The position numbers were made by a program, and so were the translations under genes. The notes under the pieces are model-generated. The model had not been told where the DNA came from. It worked only from the letters and a program-made list of their open reading frames with translations, and ran no database searches. Below, in pieces: positions 42,092-56,738 of a stretch of DNA of 64,000 nucleotides. The DNA is from the human T2T-CHM13v2.0 reference genome, Homo sapiens. The first letter of the stretch is position 1. The number at the start of each line of letters is the position of its first letter. Where the stretch lies: NCBI RefSeq assembly GCF_009914755.1, contig NC_060932.1, one strand, 5' to 3'.

Positions 42092-43691
42092 TCATGATTC
42101 GGATTCAAAAAGTGGCTCAAGGAGAGATTTGCAGATGGACATATGAAAGCCAAATGCAAACAGATAGAACAACATAGTGTTAGGAGAATGTTCCTCAAAC
42201 TGGGTTTGCAGATGTCCAGGCAGAGTCTTAAGAATTCTACATGAGAATTTCCATATTTTCTATGATAACCTTAACACTGTCGGGAGCCTGTGCTAGACCA
42301 CCTGGATGACATCCCAGGGATGAGGACTCTGAGGCTCCCAGGCTTGTGTTTGTGTCATGTTTAGTATCACATGCCTGCCCAGTGAAGGGGCATTATGGCG
42401 CTCACAGCAAGTGAAGAGGTAAAGAAACTGATGGAGAAATTAAGGCGACTCATGATACACAACAAGGTAGGCAAGCAAAACAACTCCTGGAAGCCCTTAT
42501 TTCCTTTTTCAAGTGCAGTAACAGCTTCTCTTTATTTACAGAATCCAGTGCAAGTTCCTTCCTGTGGTCTGCAAGGATTGCCTGTGACCTGGTCCTACCT
42601 GCCTTGCCATCACATCTCTTACCGCCTGCCTGACACTCTCTCTGGATCTCCCTTTGCTCTGATGTGTCAGTCTCACCTGCCCTCTTAGCTGGAGGCAGCA
42701 AAGTCTCCCATGCACAGGCCAAATCTCCAGCCTTCCCAGTACAGGGAAAGAGAACAGCAGCAGGCTCAGCCCCACCAATCTGCTGACCCAGGCTCAGTTC
42801 CTGGAGTATTGGGTAAGGTCTGGCATATTTGTGCCCGCTGGATTGCAGTCTTTCCCCAAATCCACCATATTGGTTTGCTTCGTGCATCTGGTCATCTACT
42901 TCCTCTTACTCAACTCCATTTCCTATGAGACTAAAGCCCTGTTGTAATCTCAGTCTCCTAGGTTTAGCATCCTGCCCAGTTCTCCAATCCCACAAATAGA
43001 AGCAAGTTATCTAATTTCTTTCTATCATGTTCTCCACTGCTGGAAACTCACCTAGTCAGTGTAATAGAGTAGAAAGAGTTCATGAGTTAGTGTTAAAGAA
43101 ATCTGAGTTTGAGTTTTAGCTTAGCTATGTACTAGATACATAACCCTGGGCAAATCACTTCACCTCTCTAAATCTTAATTTCTCCATTTGTAAAATTATA
43201 TTAATAATACCTCTTTTGGTGTTTGAATAATCCTTCTAGCTAAATGCCTAGCAATTAGGAAATAGTCAGTAGTAGCTATCAGAACTGCTCAGTGAATGAG
43301 AAAATAGCCATACATCTAATCCAGGATTAAGACTCTCCAGCTAGAACGTTCTACAAGCCAAAGGAGATCCCAGAGCCCAGTGTCTGCTCTCTGCTGAGTC
43401 TGAATAGCCAGTAGCCCTTACCTCTTGAGGAGGAACTTTCTGAATTATTGGTGCTAATCTAATTTGAGATCCCCTCACTCTCTTTAGATCAGGGTGTTTG
43501 GTGTTAATCACCCTCCCTGGACCAGCTGCCACATTTGGGGAATAAATGCTTCCGATTCTTGCCCCATCACCTCCCATGCTGACAAGGTCACGGTGCATTT
43601 CATTTGGAACCCAGTTGATATCATAAATGTGTCAAGGACAGAGGACATAAATGTGTCATGAACATAGGCAGGTGGAGCCCAGTAGGCTTAC

Positions 43692-43745
43692 CTGGAGGGG
43701 ACGTAGCCCTAGCAGCTCCCACTCCTTCCTGATCGTGGCCTGCTT
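43692..43745 (-). CDS. OC90: OC90 linker exon, AGHDQEGVGAARATSPP
   Basis: aacag acceptor, gtaagc donor, 54 nt, phase 1-1. Confidence 0.88.
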
Positions 43746-45281
43746 CTGTTCCCCAAAGAAGAGAGACAGCATGAGCATCCACCCCAGCCTGTCCCACCTG
43801 GGTTTCCAGAGGCTCTTCCCACCCACTGCACACAGGCAGCCATGTGCTCTTCACTCTGCCCCTGGCCCACTTCCCACCATGAGATTTCCTAAGAGAGCTG
43901 GTGAGACCAGGGCTGCTGCTGAGCCAAAGGGAACCCCCCAGAAAAACGCTTGCTGGCAAATGCAGCCACAGCTTGTCAGGCTGGAAGCAAGTGAGTTAGT
44001 GCAAATACTTTGGGAATGACAGCTTCTTTAGAATTCGGAGAAAAACTAAAAGAAAAGTACATTTTGGAACAGAGGAGCATTGCAGCACAGAGACAGCAGA
44101 ATTGCGTGGTTGAAGTTGTTTGCTATGTGACTCCAGGAAAACCACTGAGCCTCAGTTTCTCTGTAAACTGAATTTGTTGTTATTGTTATTTGACAGTTAT
44201 TAAGCTCCTACTACATGCTAGGTATGGCAGCAAGGGCTTCTTATATTAACTTACCACAGCCCCTTGAGTTGGTTCTATGCTCACCCTCATTCAGAGATGA
44301 GAAAGGAGACACACAGAAAAGTTAGGTCCCTTTTCCAAGGTCACAGAGCTAGGAGGCGGCTGCAAACCCAAGAAGCCTGGTTGAAGTTGGTATGCTTAAC
44401 CACTAGGCAGACTATTTCACTTCTGGCTGTGTCACACGAAAAAATGTTAGAGATGGTGACTACTAAGTTCTTTGGAAAGACAGAAACTACCTTAAGTTTA
44501 ATGTATTCAAAAATCAAGACTATGCTAGTGTTCTATGAAAACCAGGCTTTGAAATTGACTGATATGGACACAAATGCTCCATGAAAGAGGGAGATTCTGG
44601 ACCATTCTAAACTGGGGCAGATTGTTCTATTCAAAAGCAAAACCTATAGACTCAGAACAAAAGGACTATCAAGCTGAACTACCCTGGGCAAATGACTCTA
44701 CTTCTCAGAGCTTCTTGTTTGTCTGTAAAATGAGGATAGGCCTCCAAGGACCAGGGAAGACTAATTCAGAGGATGTTTGTAAGGGGCTTGGGAATGATAT
44801 GCTGGCACATAGGAGGCCCTCAACAAGATCACTGCTCGTTAACCAAAGAACCCATTTACTTACTTATTCATTCTAAGTAATTGGCAAATAATTATCATTG
44901 ATTTATGCTTATTAATAAAGGATCCATAGTTATTTACAAAAGCAGAGTAAATGGTTAGGTTAACTCTGCTGATGAAATTTTGGCCTAGATATTTTTAGGG
45001 AAGACAGTGTTCTCTATGAGCCACTATTTTATAAAGGAAAGAAATAGTCTTACAGCCTAAAGTCTGGGCTTGGAGAACAGCCCAAGTTACTTGCTGAGTG
45101 ACTTGCAACTTTTATTCTTCCTGAGCCTCAGTTTCCTACATATTCTGTAAAATGGGTATAATAATATTTATTTCAGGTTCCATTAAGAAGTGGTCACAGG
45201 ACTGAGCACAGATTTTTAGATATTTGAAATATTTCTCCACTGGATTCCAGGCTGTCTTTTTCCAAATTCCCCTCTGCTTAC

Positions 45282-45329
45282 TCTTCTTGGAGAGAGTGAT
45301 CAGTCTGTCAGCCTCAGTCTCTGCAGCCA
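45282..45329 (-). CDS. OC90: OC90 48-nt cassette exon, (V)AAETEADRLITLSKK
   Basis: ttcacag acceptor, gtaagc donor, phase 1-1; inclusion changes the product from 477 to 493 aa. Confidence 0.75.
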
Positions 45330-45949
45330 CTGTGAACAGAAATCACCCGATTTTAATGATCAGTTCAGCTAGGTGCCAAAGCCAAACAGGGGAAACAGAT
45401 TTGGGGGCTGAGGATGTAAGAGAGGAGGCTTAGGGTAATCCGATCAGGGCATATGGCTGCACAATGGTGTTCACCAAGGTCTCAATTCAGTAGGAAAGGG
45501 GCCAGACTAGAGCCAGGCCTGTGTTTAGGCACAAAGACCGGCAAATGCCATCTTCAGGGGTGAAGGGCCATTATTTCCCTGAGGTTTGGAACAGGTCCCT
45601 GTGGGAAGGAAGCTTAAGAGAGAGTTTAGAAGGAAAAAGTCTCTAATCGCAGCTTTGCCACTCAGGTCTGTGTCTTAGACAATTCATCTCTGAATCTCAA
45701 TCACCTGTCTTAAAATGGAGGCTGTAGCAATTATTCCATAGGGGTGTATAAGCATTAAATTAGATTAGGTATTTTAAGCAAGCTGCCCAGTATCCAGCCT
45801 ATGATTTGATAGTGTGTGCTGTTTTTTATAGCCACACCTGGGAGAAGATACTGATCTAGAATCTCCCCATGCTTGCTCTCATTTAATCCTTATGCCACTC
45901 TAAAGGATAGGTGTAATCATCCCCTTTCAGGGATTAGTGAATGATAGAC

Positions 45950-46305
45950 TAGCTCTCAGCCTGTTTCATAAATAAAGTTTTATTGGAACACAGTCACTTG
46001 CATTAATTTAGGGGTTGTCTGTGCTGCTTTTATGCTACAGTAGCAGAGCTGAGCAACTGTGACAGAGACCCTGTGGCTCACAAAGCCTAAAATATTAACT
46101 GAGATAGTTTGGATATGTGTCCCCACCCAAATCTCATGTTGAAATGTAATCCCCAGTGTTGGAGATGGGGCCTGGTGGGAGGTGATTGGATCATGGGGAT
46201 GGATTTCTCATGAATAGTTTCACACCATCCCTTCGGTGCTGTTCTTGTGATAGTGAGTTCTTGTGAGATCTGGTTGTTTAAACGTGTATAGTCCCTCCCC
46301 ACTCT
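45950..46305. mobile_element. MER58-like fragment followed by partial MST-type MaLR LTR (~46100-46305)
   Basis: aaataaagttttattggaacacag...ggctcacaaagcctaaaatatt, then gtttggatatgtgtccccacccaaatctcatgttgaaatgtaatcccc. Confidence 0.75.
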
Positions 46306-46348
46306 CATTGTGTGTCTTTGGGTTCCACACTAGCCCCTTCTGGCTCAC

Positions 46349-46399
46349 CTTCTCCTGAAAGGGCTGTCAGGCTGGTGTCTGTGGGCTCCACAGGAACCA
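46349..46399 (-). CDS. OC90: OC90 linker exon, (V)VPVEPTDTSLTALSGE
   Basis: tttttccag acceptor, gtgagc donor, 51 nt. Confidence 0.9.
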
Positions 46400-46779
46400 C
46401 TGGAAAAAGAGAGTTCCCAATAGCAGTGACTCATGCAACACAGTGTCAAAACCAAGCACAGGGTCTCAAAGGAGAACAGGCTGGTTGCTGGCCCAAGGGA
46501 GGAAAGGGGCTGAGAAAGGGCTTACTAAGAAGAGCTGTTCATCCTGTCTTAGGAGTCACTTGCCCCTGTTACTCCTCCCAGAGCACGGAGTGCCCTGCAA
46601 GATCCCAGCTCAGGAGGGAGCACAGCCACAGCTGGGTTCAGGTTCAGATCCTGGCTGAAGGCAACGAAAGAACTGAAAACCCCAAAGATATCCCAGCTTG
46701 AGGAGACCTCTGTTCCAAAGGGAGGCAGGGGGTGTTGAGGATAAAAACAGTGCTGGACTCAGAAGATACATAGAGATAT

Positions 46780-46900
46780 GACATGCACATAAGCACACAC
46801 CCATACACATGCACTCACGCTCACGCTCATGTACACACATGCACACCCCCACACATGCCCATGCACACATCCATACACACTCATGCATGCACACATACAC
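46780..46900. repeat. Degenerate (CA)n-rich low-complexity tract
   Basis: Directly visible. Confidence 0.85.
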
Positions 46901-47700
46901 CTGCTTTCTCTTTAACAAACACCAAACACTGCATGACTAGTTCTGGGAGAGAGACTCCAGCTCCAGGAGAAGGATGCCCTGCCAAGGTGTACCTTGGACT
47001 TCTCATCCCCAGATGCCTAAAGGTGTTGGGACTGAGAGATCATGGAAACTGGTGAACAAGGAGTGGCAGGCATAAACCTGACTCCCATTTTTGGCAAGAT
47101 CTATATTTTAGATTAGGAATCATCACTTGCTTAGTTCAGTGAACAGTTATTAAGCACCTACCCTGTTCTGAAAATAAACATGCGAAAAGCAGCCTCCCCA
47201 TCAAAAAGCCTCTGTTGGACCCAGGCTGCCCCTTTTGCTGCAGGCGCTGGAGAGTGCGTGGAGAAAGGGGAGGAAGGGAGAGGAGGAGGTAGTGGGTCTG
47301 CTCCTGGGAGGCTGTGGCAGCCAGGAGCTTACTTAGTTAGGAGAGACTTCACTCCACCTGAGCACTACGTCTTGTCCCAGTCACACTACATACCAGGGCT
47401 CTGACTACAGAGTGAGAAAGGGGAGAGAATGAACTTGGGGTCTACATCCACACTGGATTAAATTCACACTTGTCCACACAGCATGGGGCTGAGTTTGCAC
47501 TGGGGCCATTTGATGTTGGGCATTTGAATTGGGTTTATCAGAAGTAACACATCTCCTAGCCAGGGAAGGCAGGACCACTTCCAGTGTCACAGTCACTCCA
47601 GCTCCAGTGAGGCAGGCCTGGTGGAGGAGGTGTATCCACCGGCTCCCATCAGCATCTGGGCCCTTGTGGTTCAAGAGCCACCAACCCTGGGAGGCCTTAC

Positions 47701-47742
47701 CTCTGGGCAGAAGTGTTGTCAAGTCTTCCTTGATGGTTGTCT
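47701..47742 (-). CDS. OC90: OC90 linker exon, (E)TTIKEDLTTLLPR
   Basis: cttttcag acceptor, gtaagg donor, 42 nt. Confidence 0.9.
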
Positions 47743-47822
47743 CTGAAAAGAAAACACTTTGGAAAGTCTGTTGAGAGCAGTGGGTTTGAGGGAGGGTTTG
47801 AAGATGCTGGACTTGGCATCTA

Positions 47823-48116
<294 letters not shown>

Positions 48117-49763
48117 TCATCTCCCCTGCCAAAAATCCCACTCCCCTTGCAATCTCCATCTCATTCATGTCAGCTCTTATCTCTTTAGGGGTGTAGACCC
48201 AAACGAGGTCCATATCCACTCCTCTTCTCTCACACTTGCACCCAGGGCAGCACTATTGGCTCCACTTTCAACATGGAGTCTGACCACATCTCCACACCTC
48301 CACTGTACCACACTGGGCTGAGGCCCTCTTGTCTCGTGCCTGGTCATGGTAGTGGCCTCCTAACTATGCCCCCAGCTTCTACCCTGCTGCTCAATCTACT
48401 CTTATCCAGGAGTCAGAACAATCCTTTAGAAATTCAGGTCCAACCATGCCTTTATTCTGTTCAGAACGTCCCAGCGTCTTCCCACCTCAACCTACAAGTC
48501 TCACTGTCACCTAGGAAACGTCACATGATTGCTCCCCTGGCCCACGACCCCTATTCCTTCTCAGGCCACATCCTCTTCCACTCCCTCCTCATCAACCCAT
48601 TTGTGTCTCACTGCTCCCTTATTTCTCAACCACAACAGGCCTCTCAAGCCTCAGGGCCAGTCCATGAGCTGTTCCTCTGTCTGCTTTGCTCTTCTCCCAT
48701 ATATCTGCAAGGATGGCTTCCTGCCCATTCTTTAAGTCATCCTCAACCCTCATCATCTCCAGGAGGCTTTTCTTGACCTTCCCATTTAAAGAGAACCCCC
48801 CCTTTCCCTCCACAGGCCTTTCCCCTGATTCATTTTCCTCCACAGCTCTTGTCCCTCCCTAACATACTATACAATTTGTTTTGGATAGCTTCAGTGTCTG
48901 ACAATGGTGAGGACATTCCAGAAGGTCAGGCTATCCCCAGCACAGAAGATTGTCTTGCATTGGTGTAGGTACACAATACATATATGTTGGGTGGATGAAT
49001 GAATCATGTTTTCTGGGTTCACTGTGCCTCCCACCTAGTGGTTCACACCCACCTCCTCCCCTCAATTCCTCCTTGATGCTCCATACTCCAGCCAGTCCAT
49101 GTTATATAGACTTGAGTGTTAAGTCAGATCAGGGTTCAAACCCTGGCTTTGCCCCTTTGCAGCTGTGTGGCTTTGGGCAAGTTATTTAAGCTGCAAACAA
49201 TGGCCCCTTTCTAAATAGGGTTGTAAGGAAGATCAGAGTTTCTGTGTATAAGCCTACAGCACATAATAAACACACATAAAGTATGGCTGTAATATAGGAA
49301 CCCCTACATGCTGTGTTCTGTCTTCCCTTCATGCCTTTGCGTATTCTACCTCTGCCAGGGTTGCCTAGAGACATGAAATAAAATTCCTGGAGTCACATAG
49401 CAAATAAGGCGGGAACTGAGATTTGAACCTATGTGTTTCTGATTCTTACTGGCAACCACCACCGCACGCCTTATTCACGTATCACTACTTCCACCTCCAC
49501 GTCCATCTCTGAGTTCTTAACATATGTCGCTCCCTGTGCTAACCATTTCACAAGCATTGTGTAATTTGATTTTCACAACTAATCTCTGAAGTAGGTTTCT
49601 CCTCCCCTTTTTGAGGGTCAGAGGAGTTAAATAATTCTGCAATGCTACACAATGTGTAAGTAGCAAACAATTTGCCCTTCCCAAGGTCTCAGGGTTGTAC
49701 AAGTATAAAATTGTAAATCAGATAACTTGCTGATCAGCTAATATTTCAACTCAAAAACATTTA

Positions 49764-50171
<408 letters not shown>

Positions 50172-50434
50172 CTATTTTAAATATTCAGTGCACTAAAATG
50201 AAGTTTTGCATAACAGACATAACATAGGATCTTAATAACTTTTTAGAGTGAGAGCTGATCACAGATGACATTGCCATGTAAAGATGAGTCACCCAACTAG
50301 TAGGTAGTGGAATTAAACCCTCTCCTGAGTCCCAAGTCCAGGGGCTTTTCTGTATTTGTGCTCTTGCCAAGGTATCAACCAGGCCTCCCATGAGCTCACT
50401 TTTTTTGGTCTTGCTCACCTGTGGAACTCACTTA

Positions 50435-50692
<258 letters not shown>

Positions 50693-50739
50693 TCAGGCTG
50701 ATGGTGCCTTATCAACCTAGTAAGCACCTACTCTGTAAT

Positions 50740-52015
50740 AAGACTGTTTTAGACTAAGCCATCATCCCTGCTGGTTTTCTACCTAACAACCATTTAAACC
50801 TTCTTCCTTACTGACAAAACTAGAAAGATCTTAAGGAAGGTGAGCCTTCTACCTAAGTTCCTTAGGGTATTTCATAATCACTCTCAGCTGGTCATGGTAA
50901 TCCCATGTTACCAACTGATTGGTCTATGGCTGTGCATGTGACCCAGATTTGGCCAAAAAACCTTAAGGGAAAGTCTTTAAGTGTCTTCTGAGAAATATTT
51001 CTTTTCTTTTCTAGCAAAGGCAAGTAGGAAGATCCTTTTGATCTACACCTTTTTTCTACCTTGAATGTGGATGAGGGTGTGCTAGCTGGAGCTGCAGCAA
51101 CCACATTATAATCAGGAGGCCCCAAGTCTAAAGTTGAAAAACCAATATGTTCAGGGTAGCAGTGGAGCAAGATAGACAGAGGCTGCTGGGTCTTTGATAC
51201 CTGTGTTGAGCTACCACACGCATATTGGTGCCTTCACACCACTTGAGATAATGAAATGTCTTTATTCTTGTTGTTATTTTTTTAAAAAAATCAACTTCTA
51301 TTATAGATTAAAGGGTACACAGGCAGGTTTGTCACATGGGTAAATTGATACTGAGGCTCGGGGTCCCAACAATCCCCTCACCCAGGCAGCAAGCGCAGTA
51401 CCCAACTGGGGTTTATTCAGCCTATGACCGCCTCCCTCCCTCCCTGACTAGTGGTCCCAGCGTTTATTGTTCCCGTCTTTATGTTCACGTGTATTTAATG
51501 CTTAGCTCCCATTTATAAGTGAAAATAGGTGGTATTTGTATTTCTGTTCTTGCATTAAGTCACTTAGGATAATGGCCTCAAACTCCCTCCATGCTAAATG
51601 CAAATCCAAACCGCAATGAGACACCATCTCACACCAGTCAAAATGGTGATTATTAAAAAATCAAAAAACAACAGATGGCGAGGCTGCAAAGAAAAGGGAT
51701 TGCTTAGACACTGGCTGGTGGGAATGCAAACTAGTTCAGCTACTGTGAAAAGCAATTTGGAGATTTCTCAAATAACCTAAAATAGAACTGCTATTTGACC
51801 CAGGAATTCCGCTACTGGAATTTTCCCAAAGGAAAATAATTCATTCTGTCAAAGAGACACATGCATCTGTATGTTCATTGCAGCACCATTCACAATAGCA
51901 AAGACATGGAATCAACCTAGGTTCTCATCAACAGCGGATTGGAAAAAGAAAATGTGGTACAAATATCTTTATTATTTGAGTCACTATTAGTTCACTGAAT
52001 GGATCCCAAATGATA
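50740..52015. mobile_element. MLT1-type MaLR LTR interrupted by an inverted L1 fragment
   Basis: MLT1-like motifs (gcatgtgacccagatttggccaa, ctggagctgcagcaacca) on both sides of the L1. Confidence 0.6.
51267..51960 (-). mobile_element. L1P(B)-like 3' insertion with 5' inversion
   Basis: Antisense L1 3' end 51267-51594 joined to sense L1 sequence ~51595-51960; TSD aaat(g/a)tctttatt at 51254-51266 and 51961-51973. Confidence 0.85.
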
Positions 52016-53336
52016 CGGTGATGACAGTATAAAACTATAAGCCAGTATGGGAAGAAATGTGGTACAGATATTCACAACTTTTGAGCATCCATTAGGTGTC
52101 AGAAGCTGCACTAGGTGCTTTCACTGGCACAGTAATTCAGCCTGGCGGAGTGTGTAATGCATTGGAAAGCATTTGCTTTGTCTGTTGTCCCATAGGCCTC
52201 CTGTTAACCCTGTAAGGCAGATGTTTTCTGTCACTGCCAATTCATAGTAAATAAACTTGCTTTACATTTCACAGTAGTAAACCGAAGACCAAACACATGC
52301 CTAAGGCATCAACCAGGGATAATGATTTGCCCTAAAGTATACAGCAAACAAAATTGGCAAGAAAACCATATCAACAGTTTCCAACTCTAAATCTCGCATT
52401 CTCCTCCCCATTCTCTACCTTTCTGACTAGAGGATCCTTGAGTGCTGCATGGGTTACCCCTCACTACTGATTTAACATGCACAGGGTCACAAGACGGAGC
52501 TTAAGGGCATCAGGAGTAGTTTGTGAGGACCAGTTCCACCTCATACTATTCACCTCATTCAAACTTCCTTTCCCATGTTTTGTACCCACAAGACCTAATC
52601 AGAAAAATAAAGACAGAATTCTATGCTGATTGAAAAAGCAACACTAAGCTTTATGCATGTGTGTATTTATGTAAATATGCATTTTCATTCAGAAACTTAC
52701 AAGGCACCTGCACTTAGTTATACAAACAGTTTAAGCACAGCCTTATGCCCAGCATGGCCTGACCCAAAAGTAATTCTGAGTGTCTTTGTTCATGTCAATC
52801 ATATTATAGTCTCTTTTTTTGGTACTTCTAGTAGTTGATGATAGGAACCATCATAGTGTCCTGATAGTCACATAATAGATTTTCAGTTGATAAGTGGGAT
52901 CTTTGACACACTTTGACATTCTTAAACTTTATATTTACTAGTGAGGGAAGAAAAATAAAACTACTTTGATGTACAGGACTAAGCTCTAGATTCCAAGGAG
53001 AGCTCCTCCCTTCTAGCTGGGTGGTCTTGGGCAAGTCACTCAACTCCCTTCGGTTGAGTTTCCTTTTCTATAAAATGGGGATACCATTCCCTTCCTGGAG
53101 AGTTGTGAGTCAGGACTAATGAAGTAAGGAATAGGAAGGCACATGGTAGCTCAGTGGCTCACCCTGCAATAAAAGACACCACTACTCTCGTCGGAACTTG
53201 GGTCTCCTTGTTGGGAGGTAGCTGTGGAGGCCATGGGAGCTCCGAGGGTTGAGACCAAGGCCCTTGCAATTTCCTTAGATTTGTCCACACATGCTCTGAC
53301 CTCTGGTGGATAAAAGCAATTTTAGACTTAACTTAC

Positions 53337-53393
53337 CAAAAATTTCAGCCACACTTTCCACATTTTTAAACATCCCACTGAAGAAAGTGATAT
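53337..53393 (-). CDS. OC90: OC90 coding exon, (N)ITFFSGMFKNVESVAEIF
   Basis: cacttag acceptor, gtaagt donor, 57 nt. Confidence 0.93.
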
Positions 53394-53540
53394 CTAAGTG
53401 TAAGAAAGAAAACAAATGAGAGTCTTGGTTTTTCCTTTTTTTCACTTCCCTGTCCACCCTCTAGGTAAAGTGTACATAAAACCTTTCTTCATTCTCCAAA
53501 GAAAAAATTGACCTTGGGCTAAGCTAGCTTTCTACTAACA

Positions 53541-53560
53541 CAGGTTACCATGGAAACCTG
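53541..53560. promoter_or_regulatory. Candidate RFX X-box GTTACCATGGAAAC inside a near-perfect 20-bp palindrome
   Basis: caggttaccatggaaacctg; motif match only. Confidence 0.45.
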
Positions 53561-54710
53561 ATAGAGATGAAATGTGAATTCCATTACTGGGTAGCATTGC
53601 ACAATGGTACAAATGACCCCTGGGTGGTAAGGTATATCTGGACTGACAGGAATTATGGGTGAACTATAAATACCTGGTAGGAAATCATCATCTTGGGTCT
53701 CATTCAGTGTGATGACTCTTATAAACGGTCATCCTACTGGGTGTCCTAGAAATTATACCCACGAGGTCATTACTAGAGATACTGATTCCTATGGAGAATG
53801 AAGCTTCTAAGCCGGGGCTGGTCATACAGCTGCTCCACATAAGTCCCATTCTCTTGTACCTGAGTTGTTTGTTATCTGGGATCCCCAGAACTGCTGTGTA
53901 GATTGCCGTGAGGGCTACTCTTGCTGAAGAGGAGTGGCTGCCATGGCCTGCTGGCATGCTGTGTTCCTTAGCTTTGATTCTTCTAAATGCCAAGTGTGGC
54001 CTGTGAGTCTTAATGTCTAATTAAAGAAGGCCTCCTGGTGGGCATTGCACTTCCTCTAGAAGTTATGCCATTTGGAGGGAGGCCACTTTTCATTTGCATC
54101 TGAATGGGACTGATTACTTTGCAAGTATGGACTCACGCATGAATAATTTGGTTGACCCAACTCACTCCTCTGAAAGGTTGGAAATGAATGCTTGATTCAG
54201 GGCTGACATCACCAGCGAATTCACTATGCATTATGGTCTTCAGCCATGCCCACCTTCAGGGACCCACCTGAGAAGTGTTTATAAACTATCGCTGAGAAAA
54301 TTTTCGCTTCCCCGGGAAACAAATATGGATCCTCCTTTTTTACAACCAGAGCAAGCAATATATCATTTATCCCTCTTGGTCTTGCCTTCTTGGAAGCTCA
54401 GAGCTCATTCTGAAGCTAAGATACAATTAATATATAACCTTCACGTCAGCCCATTTCCTGCCTTCTCCTGGTTTCCCTTTTCAGCTGACCTTTGTCTTTG
54501 ACAGAAATTTTTAGACTTTGTCTCAGTTGTGAGAAAAAGGTTGGGCCAGACACCAGGGGAGATTGTTGGGGAGATGCTTTTGAGTCCCACTTCAATCCCT
54601 TTACTTACAAATGCCACAGCAGTGAGTGGCTCTAGGGTGTATTCAGAAGGGATCATTTTCTCTGCCAATATCCTAGACAACTTTCTACTCTGCTCCTAAG
54701 AAAAGTTCTA

Positions 54711-54896
<186 letters not shown>

Positions 54897-55814
54897 TCAA
54901 TTCCATGCATATTTCCTAGAGCCTGCTATGCACTAGATTTAGGAGGTAGTTCCTGAAGGAAATAAGGGGATGGCTGAGGTAACCCTGATGTCTTATACTG
55001 GTAAGCCTTAACAGTGGCATTCTGGTTGGGGATGGAGAGGTTGGGAGACTTATCTTGAAGCCGTCTTTGTGTATGAAGCATCCTGTTTTATTTAGATTGC
55101 AGGTTTGTTTTGGACTTTCTTGACATAAAGCATTGGTGGAAAGAGGTAAATACCCCAACCCCCAAGGAGTTTATATAATAATAGAGAATAAGGGTTTTCC
55201 CCAGATTATCAGCATCAGAATCACCTGGGATGCAGACTCCGTAAACATTCTGATTTCTGTGCTCTCACTCAAGTTTGATTCAGCCAGTCTGGACTGGGAC
55301 TCAGAAAGAAGCAATTTTAGCAAGCTCCCCAACTAGTTTTGAAGCTGATGGTCTCGAAACCTCGCCTTGAGAAATGTTACTTAATGGTGTAATAACAATA
55401 GTGTCCTAGTACTACCAGTACCCAAATACAACCACCACCTTCAGCCAAGACTTCATCATGCTGGGGGTGTGAAGATGCAGCCTGGGCTAATGGGACAAAT
55501 ATATGGGAGTTGGAATCCCAGGTTCAACACAGATTTGCTCTCTAAAAGTTCAGAGAGCTTATAGACTTGTTCCTGCTCATATTTTTCTTTCCCCAGCAAT
55601 ATAAAGCTTGTAAGTAGTTGGAAATGATCAAAAGGGTTTTGTCTTTCTTCGTCAAGTGGAGAGTTATGGAGTCAGCACTGTCCATCTGACACTGTGTAGA
55701 AGCCCCATCAATCTGAAAGTCACAAAGGGCCATCCTTCACAGAAGCATGTTAGACTAAATCTGTTCAGGAAGATGCCCCCAGGTGGTGTCTGAGTTGGCC
55801 TTGCTTGGCTTAGA

Positions 55815-55960
55815 GCAGGTTTCTCAGCTTCACATTATTGACATTTTGGGTTGTGAAATTTTCTGTTGCTAGGGATTGTCCTGTGCATAGATATTTAGCA
55901 AGATTGTTCTGTGTTGTATATTTAGCAAGATCCCTGGCCACAGATACCAGCAGGAAACAC
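55815..55960. mobile_element. MER20-like fragment
   Basis: ggtttctcagc...attgacattttggg...tttagcaagatccctggcca. Confidence 0.6.
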
Positions 55961-56738
55961 TTCCATACACACTTTCTTCTGATAAAACTCATTCCCTTGG
56001 AGTTTCCACAACGCATAACTGAGAGAGTCACTGAGGCTCGCCAAGTCCTTCCTAGTGGAGACAAAACCACCACTGGTGAGAGGAATAACAACAGTGGGTG
56101 CTTGTCCTTGCTACCAGTACCAGGACTGGCACTACCAATATACCATCCCACAAGGTTCCTCAAACTTCAGTCACTAGCATATTGCCTCTACTATTACTTA
56201 TTAATGCGTATTTTTAAGTCAGCTCACTTTTTTTTTTATTAAAGGAGAATTTGATTTACTTTTCAATTATAAAAAAGTTTGTTTCATCTGGGAGTTACAG
56301 TGAGTCTAAATTTGTATGCACATAATAACATTTCTTAATGCAACATTTTAAGCCAACTCACTTTTTTGTTGTTTTATTACAGGGTAGTTTTATTTACTGT
56401 CCAATTGTAAAAAGTTTGTTTCATCTGGGAGTTCCAGCGACTCTAAGTTTGTATGCACATAATAGCATGATCCAAAATATATAAAGCTAAATTTGACATA
56501 ATTGAAAAGACTATTTTAAATCTGTCAGTGGGAGATTTTAAAAAAATAAGCCACATTGCTTCTAAAAAGGTAAGTATTTTTACTTTTAAAGGAAACTTTT
56601 ATTTGTAAATGGGAAACTATGGTAAAGTGCTGACTAGAAAGAAAAAAATAAGTTATAAAAATTGTAAAACAGTAAACATTTAAAAATTAGAATTATAAAA
56701 TGGTCATCTATGAATTACCCACTATCATCAATGTACCC

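Noticed and set aside
48273-48776. 167-aa + strand ORF in an OC90 intron
   Set aside because: Lies in decayed L2-like sequence; no recognisable domain or splice support
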